Assembly: GCA_951406725.2 (NCBI GenBank)
Contig: OX597820.1
Location: 10,106,001 to 10,170,000, forward strand
Length of the DNA: 64,000 bases
Reading direction: 5' to 3'
Origin: Octopus vulgaris
Lineage: Eukaryota
Part shown: positions 1 through 11,264 of the stretch, piece after piece
Numbering within the stretch: position 1 is the first letter of the stretch
How the letters are laid out: each line of letters starts with the position of its first letter
Position numbers and translations under genes: made by a program
The notes under the pieces: generated by a model
The model's input: only the letters and a program-made list of their open reading frames with translations
Databases searched by the model: none
What the model was told of the DNA's origin: nothing

Positions 1-410
1 TTACTACCATCAAGGGGCTAAACACAGAGAGGACAAACAAGGACAGACAAAGGGATTAAGTCGATTACATCGACTCCAGTGCGTAATTGGTACTTATTTA
101 ATCGACCCCGAAAAGATGAAAGGCAAAGTCGACCTCGGCGGAATTTGAACTCAGAACGCAGCGGCAGACGAAATACCGATTTCTTTACTACCAACAAGGG
201 GCTAAACACAGAGAGGACAAACAAGGACAGACAAAGGGATTAAGTCGATTACATCGACTCCAGTGCGTAAGTGGTACTTATTTAATCGACCCCGAAAGGA
301 TGAAAGGCAAAGTCGACCTCGGCGGAATTTGAACTCAGAACGTAACGGCAGACGAAATACCGCTAAGCATTTCACCCGGCGTGCTAACGATTCTGACAGC
401 TTGTCGCTTT
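1..410 (-). mobile_element. SINE family A (tRNA-derived), head-to-tail multimer, truncated by window start
   Basis: Two ~185-bp units (ttactacc..aaggggctaaacacagagaggacaaac...) ending in the SINE head. Sense strand has A-box-like TGGCAGAAxCG and B-box GAGTTCAAATTCC. More than 15 related copies in the window. Confidence 0.85.
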
Positions 411-429
411 GAAACCAATATTATTATAG

Positions 430-630
430 TAGAATCGTTACCGCGCCGAGTATACTGCTTAATGGCATTTCGTCTGTCTTTGCGTTTTGAAGTTCAAATT
501 CCGCCGTGGTCGACCTTACCTTTCATCATGTTGGGATCGATAAAATAATTACCATTTCAACACTGGGGTCAATGCAATCGACTAAGCTCCTACCCAGAAC
601 TTGCTGGCCTTGAGCCAAAACTTGAAACCA
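430..630 (+). mobile_element. SINE family A, diverged copy
   Basis: agaatcgtta...ttcgtctgtc...gttcaaattccgccgtggtcgac...tttcatc...gatcgataaaataa aligns by eye to family A. Confidence 0.65.
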
Positions 631-644
631 CTATTATTCAGAAT

Positions 645-1000
645 GTGGAGGTACATAGCCTAGTGGTTAGAGCAGCTGACTCGCAGTCGAGGGATCGCGG
701 GTTCGAATCTCAGACCGAGCGATGTGTGTATTTATGAGCGAAACATCAAAGCTCCATGCAGCTCCGACAGAAGGTAATGGCGACCCTCTACTGACTCTTT
801 CGCCACTACTTTCTCTCACTCTTTCCTCCTGCTTCTTGCAGCTCACCTGCGACGGACCGGCGTCCCGTCCAGGTGGGGAACCTATACGCCAAGGAAACCG
901 GAAAACCGGCCCTTATGAGCCAGGCATGGCTCGAGAAGGAACAAACAACGACAACAATAACAACAGCAATAATAACAATAACAACAACAACAACCACAAC
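645..1000 (+). mobile_element. SINE family C (tRNA-derived) with (CAA/AAT)n tail
   Basis: tRNA-like head (tagcctagtggttagagcag...gggttcgaatctc), CAA-repeat tail, 12-bp TSD attattcagaat at 633-644 and 1001-1012. Second copy at 47903-48226. Confidence 0.85.
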
Positions 1001-1012
1001 ATTATTCAGAAT

Positions 1013-1346
1013 TAGAAAATTACTATTTTAAAATCTCAAATCTATTTTTAAACGTGAGATATTCAGCAACAGTACTTTGTAGTAAAGATTGCCAACATAA
1101 CATGGCAATCCTGGTTTAGGACTAATGTTGCTGTAATTTAGCCCCAGGAGACATCGTCTCCAGCTTGCTATACGACACGATCTGTGTCCTTATATATATG
1201 TTTTCCCTTGTTCGAAAAAAAAAAAATAAGGACGCAGATCGTGTCGTGTAGCCAACTGGAGACGATATCTCCTGGGGGCTAAATTACAGCAACATTCGTC
1301 CTAAACCAGAACTCTCATGTTATGTTAGCAAACAATCTTTACTACA
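1013..1346 (+). mobile_element. Fold-back element family D (65-bp tail + ~118-bp inverted arms)
   Basis: Arms 1078-1193 and 1226-1346 are near-perfect reverse complements; flanked by attattcagaat; second copy at 7889-8190. Strand defined as tail-first. Confidence 0.8.
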
Positions 1347-2081
1347 TTATTCAGAATGTCTGATAAAATAGCAAACTAAAAGTCTGGAAACAGGAATGGA
1401 TGTTTAGAAGAAACTTATGAAAATGTTTTGGACAGACAAAAAAACAACAAACCCAAGAGCACAATATATTTATTGTCTGTTAGAGATGTTATTAGAGCAT
1501 TGAACAGCACTGATTACAGAAGTGAACTGACCGTCTGCTTATTCACACTGTTCCAGTACGAGACTATAGAAGTTTAGTTTCGTAGCAAACGAACGGGTTG
1601 AAAGTTTTAAACGATTTACAAAGCACAGAGACTTCCTTGTGATGTGTATTGGGAATATATTCTGTTCTATCAGCCATCTGGTATGTATAAACCTGACAAG
1701 ATTTTCTTACCAATTCTAAGCTACATTATGCTTGGTTGGCTTACAGCAATAGAAGAACAGAAGACGGCCGATCAAAAGGTATTTTTGAAATATACTGTCT
1801 GTAAAAGAAGCGCCAAAAATGTTTAAAGTAATAGTTTAGTTAAGTTAAGGTGACACCTTCAACAAATGGCATTTATCGAAAACACAAAACTTTAAGTGTG
1901 ACATAGCTATAAAAAATATAAACGAAGTCTCTAGTCTCTAAGTCTAAGTAATAAATTTCGGTCATAAATTTTCTGAAATTACAAAATGGAAGACTATAGT
2001 TGACAGCATTCTGAAGTTGTGGAATATTTCGGTGATGTTTTATTTCGTGTCAGTTGAATTTGAATTAAATATTCTATGACT

Positions 2082-2440
2082 CGTTTACTTGTTTCAAGTA
2101 AAAGACTGCGGCCATGCAGAGGCACTGTCTCGGAGAGCTTTAATCGAGCGAATCGCCCCCAGAACATATTTTTAAATACTTGTAATTATTTACCGGGCTC
2201 TTTACCGAACCGCTAAGTTACGGTTAGATAAACACACCAACACCGTTTGCCAAGAGATGCTGGGGCCAATCACAAACACACAGACGGGTTTCTTTCAGTT
2301 TCTGTCTACCAAATCCGCTCACAATGCTTCGATCACCCCAAGGCTGTAGTTGAAACACTCGTGCAAGTTTCAACGCAGTGGGACTGAACCCAAAACCATG
2401 TGGTTAGGAAGCAAAATTCTTACCACACAACCACGCCTGC
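2082..2440 (-). mobile_element. SINE family B, diverged near-full copy
   Basis: tttacttgtttca...gcggccatgc...gaaccgctaagttacgg...ctaccaaatcc...gcagtgggactgaaccc...accatgtggtt matches 34601-35050. Confidence 0.75.
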
Positions 2441-2532
2441 TCTTCCAGTAGATCCCACCGTGTATTTAATCTGTACATCTGACATATTTGTTTTAGCATT
2501 ATGTTTAGTAATGTTATATATTTATTCATTTC

Positions 2533-2672
2533 CAGCAGACCACCAGTGTCCCCGACCTGCGCCAGAGCCTTCCGAGCAAATATCGGACTGATTGTCCACA
2601 ACCGGACACACAGGGTCTCGTCTTTTTCCCCATGCGATGTCTTTGATCATCGTCGACAACGACTGGAATAAC
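2533..2672 (+). mobile_element. RTE-BovB-type LINE extreme 3' end (C2H2 finger remnant) before (TAA)n
   Basis: With one extra C removed it reads CPTCARAFRANIGLIVHNRTH, matching the CPxCxRxFxxxIGLxSHxRTH C-terminus of RTE-BovB ORFs; then gatcatcgtcgacaacgac and an AAT-repeat tail. Confidence 0.7.
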
Positions 2673-2673
2673 T

Positions 2674-2677
2674 AATG

Positions 2678-2733
<56 letters not shown>

Positions 2734-2865
2734 TTAACTTTAAAAAAAATGAACGAACTAGTGAGTTTAGTTTAATGGCCTACCAATGTATACTATGAGT
2801 TTCTTTGCCCTAGGAGTCGGGAAGACACTCGGCAAGAAATGGAAGCAAATTTGAAAGAAAAAAAG

Positions 2866-2905
<40 letters not shown>

Positions 2906-2948
2906 TAATAATAATAATAATAATGATGATAAAAATAATAGTAATAGT
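2674..2948. repeat. (TAA)n arrays flanking a short possible Dong/R4 3'-UTR fragment (~2790-2865)
   Basis: AAT arrays 2674-2733 and 2866-2948. The intervening gccctaggagtcgggaagacactcgg...aaaaga(taa)n resembles Dong-type 3' ends (recollection only). Confidence 0.5.
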
Positions 2949-2970
2949 AAATATATGAATACACACGCAT

Positions 2971-3025
<55 letters not shown>

Positions 3026-3308
3026 CGACATAAGTACACACATACATACATACCTGCATACATGCACATATATATGTATGTATGTATGTATATATATTAT
3101 TGACTGTAATGTTTAACATGTTTAACATTCTTTTTATAGGTAACTAACCAGCACTTTCATAGGATTTTGCTATCTCTTAATGAGGTTTATAACCTTTATT
3201 CGTACTCATGTATATATAAATATATATATATATATATATCATGATAAATTCATATACAGATTTTAACCTATTTTTAAATTATATATATATCCAAATATAT
3301 GCATGCAT

Positions 3309-3364
<56 letters not shown>

Positions 3365-3806
3365 CACACATATAGACGCAAAAAGAAACACAACCACACA
3401 CATAAATGCATTACGTGTAAGTTCGATTCCAACTAAATCCTCAATGTAATTAATTATGATCGCTCCATGCTTTCTATTCAAGTTGAACTTAAATTAATTT
3501 TGGGAATGTTGCCAATTTCAGGCTGGTTTCTACCATTATAGATTGTAACAAGATGTTCCAATATTACATTATTAAGTAGCGACATTTTAGTGTTAATCAA
3601 ATCAAATAAAATTTTCCGGTAAAAGCTAATTTTAGAACTTAAGAGTTACGAAGAAAAATTAAAGACCGTCGAGAAATAGGAATAAAAATTTTATGAAGCA
3701 AAATTTTCAACAGTTCTTTTGATGGCTAAATATGGTTTGGGAGGAAAGAGAAGAAAGGGAAAGCAGTAGAAAAGAATAAATAAGGAAACTGCTAACATAA
3801 ATATCA

Positions 3807-3941
3807 GTGCAAGAGTGGCTGTGTCATTATGAAGCTTGCTTCCCAACCACGTGATTCCGAGATCAATCTCACTGCGCGGTACCTCAGGCAAGTTTTATAC
3901 TATAGATTGGGGTCGACCAAAATCTCGAATAAATTTGGTAG
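3807..3941 (+). mobile_element. SINE family B head fragment
   Basis: gagtggctgtgt..aagcttgcttcccaaccacgtg...cactgcgcggtacctcaggcaag. Confidence 0.65.
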
Positions 3942-4225
3942 AAGGTAGTAGAAAGAAGTACAGTAGCAGCCATAATATAAGGGTCAGTAAGAACAAGTGT
4001 ATTGAAATAGTTATTATGGAAGATTGGCAACAGATCGAGATTAGACATGTCATACATCTTTAGATATAACTAATATCTATCTTGCGTGAATATCTTAAAT
4101 GAATGAAATGAATGTTTCCTAAGTTATGAGGAAATAAACAAATAATCTTCCAAAATAGCTAGTCTCAATGTGTTGTTATTCTGTAATAACTATTTATATA
4201 TATTTATATATAACTATATATATAT

Positions 4226-4438
4226 ATGTAAAGTATAAAAGCCATCTCAATATGGCTAACCACAAAGGGGGGGGGTGTTACTGTAGCTTTTTAGCCCCAG
4301 GAGATCATCGTCTCCAGCTGGCTTTAGACACACTTTCTGTGCCCTTAAGGTATTTGTGGTTAGCCTTTTTTAAGAAGGCTTTTGTACTTTACATTGTCGA
4401 GCGATTACTGTTTACATCTCGTTCTGAAATTTAATAAT

Positions 4439-4440
<2 letters not shown>
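4226..4440 (-). mobile_element. Fold-back element family F (tail + inverted arms; loop carries the family-D core)
   Basis: Arms 4226-4266 / 4353-4394; tail 4395-4440 is the reverse complement of 26881-26934; flanked by (TA)n on both sides. Confidence 0.7.
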
Positions 4441-4491
<51 letters not shown>

Positions 4492-4495
<4 letters not shown>

Positions 4496-4790
4496 AATGA
4501 ATTGCTTCTAGTACAGCCCGGTACTTATTCTTTTTCTTCTCTTTTTTGTTGCAGAACCACTAATTTACAAGGAAGTAAACAATCTAACACCGATTGTCAA
4601 GCGCTTGACAACCGGTGTTAGATTGTTTACTTCCTTGTAAGTTAGTGGTTCTGCAACAAAAAAAGAGAAGAAAAAGAATAAGTAGCGGGCTGTACAAGAA
4701 GCAATTCATTCAACTATAAATCCGCCAAGGCGGTGCTCCAGCGTGGCTGCTGTCCAATGATTGAAACAGACAAGTAAAAGATAAAAGAGA
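4492..4790 (+). mobile_element. SINE family B 3' half with a spacer-less inverted duplication (4492-4714)
   Basis: Palindrome centred on tgtcaagc|gcttgaca (4602/4603) with ~111-bp arms; continues into the B tail aaggcggtgctccagcgtggc...gaaacag..aagtaaaag. Confidence 0.8.
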
Positions 4791-5154
4791 GATTTGAATA
4801 AATTTTTCGCGATTGCATTCTTATCGCGAGTTGAATGAAACTGCAGTGTATTAATTATGAAAGATTCTGTTGTATATATATTTTAAAGATTTCTGAAAGT
4901 CAGTCGAGAATAATTAATTGTGTCACCAGAATCTTTTGACATGTCCTGTAACCTTTCATCTTTTAATCTCAGAGATATTATGTTCATTTGAATATGACAT
5001 AATAAAGCTACGATTTGGTGATTGATGAGACTCGAAATAAAGAGTAACTGAATAGTCGTTGAATGAGATAGATTGGCGTTGAACGACATTGAAAATATAT
5101 CGGTGAATAGACAACAATGCGTCGGTCATTATAAATTCACTTGAAAGAAATATT

Positions 5155-5380
5155 GATTTCAAAATTTAGTACAAGGCCAGTAGATTTTGGAGGAGAAGGA
5201 GGGGAGCTAGTCGATTATTTAATCGACCACAATGTTCAACTGGTACTTCTGTTATCGACCCCCGAAAGGATGAATGGCGAAGTCGATCCCAGCAGCATTT
5301 GAACTCTGGACGTAAACTCGGAAGAAATGCCGTTGAGCAGTTTTTCTCGGTGTGTTAACGATTCTGCCAATAGCCGCCTT
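5155..5380 (-). mobile_element. SINE family A, older subtype (tail type 2)
   Basis: acaaggccag...agtcgatta...tggtactt...atcgacccccgaaaggatgaa...tttgaactc...acgattctgcca. Confidence 0.7.
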
Positions 5381-5389
5381 CTGTGGTTT

Positions 5390-5942
5390 TAGATTTTGGC
5401 GCAAATCCAGCAATTTGGTGATGGTGGTGGTAACAGGTACTTATTTTTTCGGCCCCGAAAATCTGAAAGATAAAGTCGACCTCGGCGGAATTTGAACTCA
5501 GAACGTAGCGGCAGAAGAAATACCTATTTCTTTACTACCCACAAGGGACTAAACACAGAGAGGACAAACAAGGACAGGCGAACGGATTAAGTCGATTACA
5601 TCGAACCCAGTGCGTAACTGGCACTTAATTTATCGACCCCGAAAGGATGAAAAGCAAAGTCGACCTTGGCGGAATTTGAACTCAGAACGTATCGGTAGAC
5701 GAAATACCTATTTCTTTACTACCCACAAGGGGCTAAACACAGAAGGGACAAACAAGGACAGACGAAAGGATTAAGTCGATTACATCGAACCCAGTGCGAA
5801 ACTGGCACTTAATTTATCGACCCCGAAAGGATGAAAAGCAAAATCGACCTCGGCGGAATTTGAACTCAGAACGTCGTGCTAGACGAAATACCTCTAAGCA
5901 TTTTGCTCAGAGTGCTAACGGCTTTGCCAACCCACCACCTTC
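5390..5942 (-). mobile_element. SINE family A trimer
   Basis: Three bodies joined at gaaatacctatttctttactacccac (~5521, ~5705); single head at ~5895-5942. Confidence 0.8.
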
Positions 5943-6218
5943 CTTGATAGAAATATTGGCTTATCAGATAAATTCTTTAGTTTTTCTTTGAAATTTAAAA
6001 AAAAAAAAATTTTAATCCTTTCTAATTTTTTTAATTAACGCGTAAAACATTTTTATCGTAGTGTTTTATGTTTTTTTGAAGCTCTATTCTTCTTCTTCTG
6101 CAACTTTTGTTCAACGTTTTTAAAATTCAAATAGATTTTTAACTCTATTCAGACGTATAGCAAAGAGACAAAAACAAAACAAACCAAAAAGAATTGATCT
6201 GAGAAGCTGACAACCCTA

Positions 6219-6284
<66 letters not shown>

Positions 6285-6296
6285 TATGTGTGTATG

Positions 6297-6630
6297 TGAA
6301 GATGCATGGCTCAGTGGTTAGAGCGTCGAGCTTACGATCGGGAAGTTGTGAGTTCGAATCCCGGACCGGGCTGCGCGTTGTGTTCTTGAGCCAGACACTT
6401 TATTTCACGTTGCTACAGCTCACTCAGCTGTAGATATGAGTTGTGACATCATAGGTGCCAAGCTGTTTCGACCCTTTGCCTTTCCCTTGGATAACACTGG
6501 TGGCGCGGAGAGGGGAGGCCGGTATGCATAGGAGACTGCTGGTCTTCCATAAACAACCTTGCCCGGACTTGTGCCCGGAGGGTAACTTTCTAGGTTCAAT
6601 CCCATGGTCAGTTATGACCGAAGGAGGTTT
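6297..6630 (+). mobile_element. SINE family E (tRNA-Arg-like head)
   Basis: tggctcagtggttagagcgtcgagcttACGatcggg...gagttcgaatccc (A/B boxes, ACG at the anticodon position), then gtgttcttgagc.agacactttatttcac; inserted between microsatellites. Confidence 0.8.
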
Positions 6631-6657
6631 CAGCATACATATGTATGTCTATATACA

Positions 6658-6741
<84 letters not shown>

Positions 6742-7054
6742 TATATATGTCTAAAAAAAGATGAGAAACAAAACATTTAGCATCACTCGAAAAAGACACC
6801 TTAGAAAGAGAATATAAATAGATATATATATCACCGACGGCTGTTTATATTCTCTCTCGAAATTAACTGTTTTTTTGGCTGATGCATATTCATAAAAAAA
6901 AATAAAATCTATTTCCATCCGCTCAAGGAGAAACCACTTCTAGCCGCCTTGCAGACGCACTCTCAACATCACATTTTTCAGTTGTTCAAGCCAAAGTGAA
7001 CACTCATAGAACACACCTATTACATCACGTATATTCTCTCGCACACTCTGTCCG

Positions 7055-7107
<53 letters not shown>

Positions 7108-7108
7108 G

Positions 7109-7199
<91 letters not shown>

Positions 7200-7416
7200 T
7201 TACTCTTTTATCTTTTATTTGTTTCAGTCATTTGACTGGGGCCACGCTGGAGCACCGCTTTTAGTCGAACAAATCGACCTCAGGAATAATTCTTTGTAAG
7301 CCTAGTACTTATTCTATCGGTTTCTTTAGCCGAACCGCTAAGTTACGGGAACATAAACACACCACCATCTGTTGTCAAGCGATGTTGGGACAAACACAGG
7401 CATACAAACACGCGCG

Positions 7417-7496
<80 letters not shown>

Positions 7497-7610
7497 CAAC
7501 AGGCTTCTTTCAGTTTCCATCTACCAAATCCACTCACAAGGCTTTGGTCGGCCCGAGGCTATAGTAGCAGACACTTGCCCAAGGTGCCACACAGTGGGAT
7601 GAACCCGGAC
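7200..7610 (-). mobile_element. SINE family B, 5'-truncated, with internal (CA)n(TA)n
   Basis: High similarity to 34601-35050 and 54081-54515. Confidence 0.85.
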
Positions 7611-7734
7611 GAAGATCCTTCCTAACTCATAGACACATAATGCACTTTCTTAGAATTCTGTGGAGTATATATATATTTACATATAAACCCACCGCTATCG
7701 CTGGATGGGTCCGTCGTAGGGTCACTCATTTTTG

Positions 7735-7847
7735 CTAGCTGAGTGATGAAATATTTTGCTCAAGAAGCGTCATCCAGTCCAGGAATCGAAACCACAATCC
7801 TACAATCAAGAGCGCACCACCTTAGCCATTAAGCCACACGCTCACAT
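7735..7847 (-). mobile_element. SINE family E-like head, diverged
   Basis: tttgctcaagaa...ggaatcgaaacc...ccattaagccacacg is the reverse complement of a tRNA-like head. Confidence 0.5.
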
Positions 7848-7888
7848 ATTTAATATAGAAAAAGATATTAGTTCAGTAATGTGGGTAA

Positions 7889-8190
7889 TGTAGTAAACAT
7901 TGTTTGCCAACATAATATGGCAGTCCTGATTTAGGACGAATGTTGCTGTAATTTAACCACAGGAGACATTGTCTTCAGCAGGCTATACGACACAATCTGT
8001 ATTCCTTGTTCGAAAATATAAGGACACAGATCGTGTGGTATAGCCAGCTGGAGACGATGTCCACTGAGCTAAATTACAGCAACATTCGTCCTAAACCAAG
8101 ACTGCCATGTTATGTTGGCAAACAATCTTTACTACAAAGTACTGTTGCTGAAAATCTCTCGTTGTGAGATTTAAAAATAGTATTTTTCTA
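7889..8190 (-). mobile_element. Fold-back element family D, second copy
   Basis: Arms 7889-8007 / 8020-8136; tail 8137-8190 is the reverse complement of 1013-1077; flanks tgtgggtaatg (7880-7890) / tgtcggtaatg (8192-8202). Confidence 0.8.
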
Positions 8191-8564
8191 TTGTCGGTAA
8201 TGTTTTGAAAAGTACAGTATATTCTTTTGTGACTCTTGACAGGACGAGGTCTTGAAATAATGACAGATATGAACTCCGTTAAAGTCGTAGCGCATGGCTA
8301 CACAGATTTGAATACAAGTTGGAAGGCCATTTTGAATGGTGTATTTATAAATAATATATGAAATGACAGGATGGAAACGACTGGAGCACCTTTGGTCATA
8401 GGTCTGCCTCATTCAGAAGCTGAGCTGGAGCTGAACGACAACAACAAAAACAATAACAACCGCACCGCCGCCACCGCGTTTAGTTTATTACTTATAACCT
8501 CTTTATACCTGTCATGTTCATTCTCTTTCAATTAAAATTTGACTGTTTTCAATAAAAATATTGT

Positions 8565-8939
8565 TTACTATTCTGGGCACAAGGCCCGAAATTTAGTGGG
8601 AGGGGGGGCCAGTCGATTACATGAACCCCAGTACGCAACTGGTACTTAATTTATCAACCCCCGAAAGGATGAACAGCAAAGTCGATCGCGGCGGAATTTG
8701 AACTCTGAACGTAAAGACAGACGAAATACCGATTTCTTTACTACCCACAAGGGGCTAAACACAGAAGGGACAAACAAGGACATACAAACGGATTAAGTCG
8801 ATTATATCGGCCCCAGTGCGTAACTGGTACTTAATTTATCGACCGACCTCGGCGGAATTTGAACTCACAACGTAACGGCAGACGAAATACCGCTAAGCAT
8901 CTCGCCCGACGTGCTAACGTTTCTGCCAGCTCGCTGTCT
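8565..8939 (-). mobile_element. SINE family A dimer with 21-bp TSD
   Basis: tgttttcaataaaaatattgt at 8544-8564 and 8940-8960; internal junction gaaataccgatttctttactac at ~8725. Confidence 0.85.
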
Positions 8940-9062
8940 TGTTTTCAATAAAAATATTGTAGAAAATTTCTTAAATTATATATACGTACTGGTAGTGCTC
9001 CAGCATGGCCACATAATTTGGAGTGAAATACGTAGAAGAATAAAAGAATATAAGAATATATA

Positions 9063-9250
9063 TCTTTTATCTTTTACTTGGTTCAGTAATTGGACTGCGA
9101 CCATGCTGGGGCACTGCCTTGAAGGGTTTAGTCGGACGAATGGAACCCTGTACTTATTTTTGAAGTCTGGTACTTATCTATGTCTTTTTGCCGAACCGCC
9201 AATTTACTGGGATGTAAACAAACCAACACTGGTCGCCAAACGATTTAGGG
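9063..9250 (-). mobile_element. SINE family B 3' fragment
   Basis: cttttacttggttcagtaattggactgcgaccatgctggggcactgcc...gccgaaccgc. Confidence 0.7.
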
Positions 9251-9799
9251 ACGAATAGAAACCTGGTGAATATATTCTTTTTTAACCAATAAACCTCAAC
9301 GAGATAGAATTTCATTTTTGTTTCCGCTTCCAAAGGAGTTGATATGCTAAACATTCTTGCACTTAAACCCGTTTTCTGTGATCCCGTTATAATTCTTACT
9401 GCAAACCATATTTTGCCTGTGAATTTGTGAGGCGTTTGCTTCTGACTACATAAGATATAAACTTTCTAAAGATATATTCTCGCAGTGGTTTTGTATTCTT
9501 GCTCTTAAATGTATCGTTGCTGCGATTCTTCCTAAATGTTTGGCTGTTTTTATTTTTCTTCTTGCGTATGTCGTTACGTAAAAAAACTAGCAAACAAGTT
9601 ACAAAAATCATGAATACTTTGTATGCTTCTAGCAATCGTTTCCTTAGAAATACGTGAATGCGCTGTGCTCGAGCAGAAGCAATCAATAACATTAAAATTC
9701 ACAAGGGAACGGATTCTGTTTAATGCTTTAATTAGCAAATGCCTAGAATTGCTAATAAACAACCTGTTCAATAAAAGCTGTGTTTGCCAACTCCACAGC

Positions 9800-9985
9800 T
9801 TCACAATCAGTATTGGTTTGTTTACGTCCCGTAACCTAGTGATTCGGTAAAAGTGAGCGATATGATAAGTAGCAGGTTAAAAAAAATAAGTACTAGGGTG
9901 AATTCGTTGGACTAAAATTCTTCTAGGCGGTGCTGCAGCATGGTCGCAGTCAAATGACTGAAGCAAGCGAAAAATAAAAGATATG
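9800..9985 (+). mobile_element. SINE family B 3' fragment
   Basis: tttgtttacgtcccgtaacctag...ggcggtgctgcagcatggtcgcagtcaaatgactgaa. Confidence 0.7.
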
Positions 9986-10009
9986 CATACACACACACAC
10001 ATACACACA

Positions 10010-10063
<54 letters not shown>

Positions 10064-10144
10064 CACACACACAATCACACACATATATATAAATAGATAT
10101 GTATTCACACACAATCTACGCACACACACTCATAGACATATCTA

Positions 10145-10219
<75 letters not shown>

Positions 10220-10284
10220 GTCTGTCTGTCTGTGTGTCTGTGTGTCTGTCTGTCTGTCTGTCTATCTATCTACCTATCTATCTG

Positions 10285-10362
<78 letters not shown>

Positions 10363-10826
10363 GTCATGCCACGATTTTAGAAGCTGAGGTCATTTCGTTC
10401 TTAAACTTTCAGAGCTAATGGTCAGTTTTATCTAAGTGTCAGTTGGAAATTGAACTAATGCTATCACTTAGCAATATTGATGTGTAATGCCAAACATACC
10501 AAGATGTGGAACATTGAAATATATTTCCTGATCTTTAAAGGTTGCAGTTCTGCTCACGGCATCTTAGTCCACATCAATCACTCGATAATGTTTAAAATGG
10601 GATTGATATCTTCTTAGCTTATTATCATAACATATCATCACCTGGTCGATGAACTGTCATTTTGGCATGAAACTGGTTTAAAACACACTCAGCACAATAT
10701 CTAATTTGGCGTAAATTATGGCAGATATTAAAATACAAATGTCCAAATCTGGATACAACTAAGAATTACAAAAAAAAATATAATTGTAACTCACATTGGA
10801 GCATACACACACACACATATATATAT

Positions 10827-11232
10827 AGGGAGGGTTTACAAAAAAAACAAAAGACGAAGACAGGTGATGTACAAAACAAACAGGTGTATTAGCATAACGC
10901 TCAGGAATAGAAAAAGTCTTTTACGTTTCGAGCCTACGCTCTTCTACAGAAAGGTACACAGAAAAAACAAGGAGAGAAAAAAGGAGAGAAAAAAGGAGAT
11001 ATATACACACACGCACACATATATATATAGGGAGAGTTTACGAAAAAAAACAAAAGACGAAGACAGGTGGTGTACAAAACAAACAGATGTATTAGTATAA
11101 CACTCAGGAATTGAAAAATTATTTTACGTTTCGAACCTACGCTCTTCTACAGAAAGGGACACAGAAAAAACAAGGAGAGAAAAAAAGGAGAGAAAAAATA
11201 CGTGTGTAGTGGCTACCGATCTATCATGGCGA
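10827..11232 (-). mobile_element. Tandem pair (~202-bp period) of Penelope-like pseudo-LTRs with minimal hammerhead-like motif
   Basis: Direct repeats 10827-10998 and 11029-11232. Minus strand reads CTGTAGAA-GAGC-GTAG-GCTC-GAAAC-GTA (10921-10949; 11124-11152), like the CTGACGAAGGGCTAACGCTCGAAACGTC motif recalled from PLE pLTRs. Confidence 0.6.
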
Positions 11233-11264
11233 CTCATAATTATATACGTATATATATATATAAA

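Noticed and set aside
1-410. CRISPR-like or satellite array from ~185-bp repeats
   Set aside because: No unique spacers and no cas genes; the units are SINE bodies in a eukaryotic context.
645-720. tRNA gene (also 6300-6372, 48140-48226, 59280-59345)
   Set aside because: A/B boxes are present, but the acceptor stem is not closed and each continues into a multi-copy SINE body.
1556-1680. Possible exon (ttccag|...|gtatgt, 41 open codons)
   Set aside because: The peptide has no recognisable similarity and there are no supporting neighbouring exons; expected by chance in 64 kb.
6555-6586. Twister-like string on the minus strand (CCGGGCACAAGTCCGGGCAAGG vs CCGGTCCCAAGCCCGGRTAAAGG)
   Set aside because: It is antisense to the SINE, and I could not find the P1/P2 stems, UAA cleavage-site loop or pseudoknot partners.
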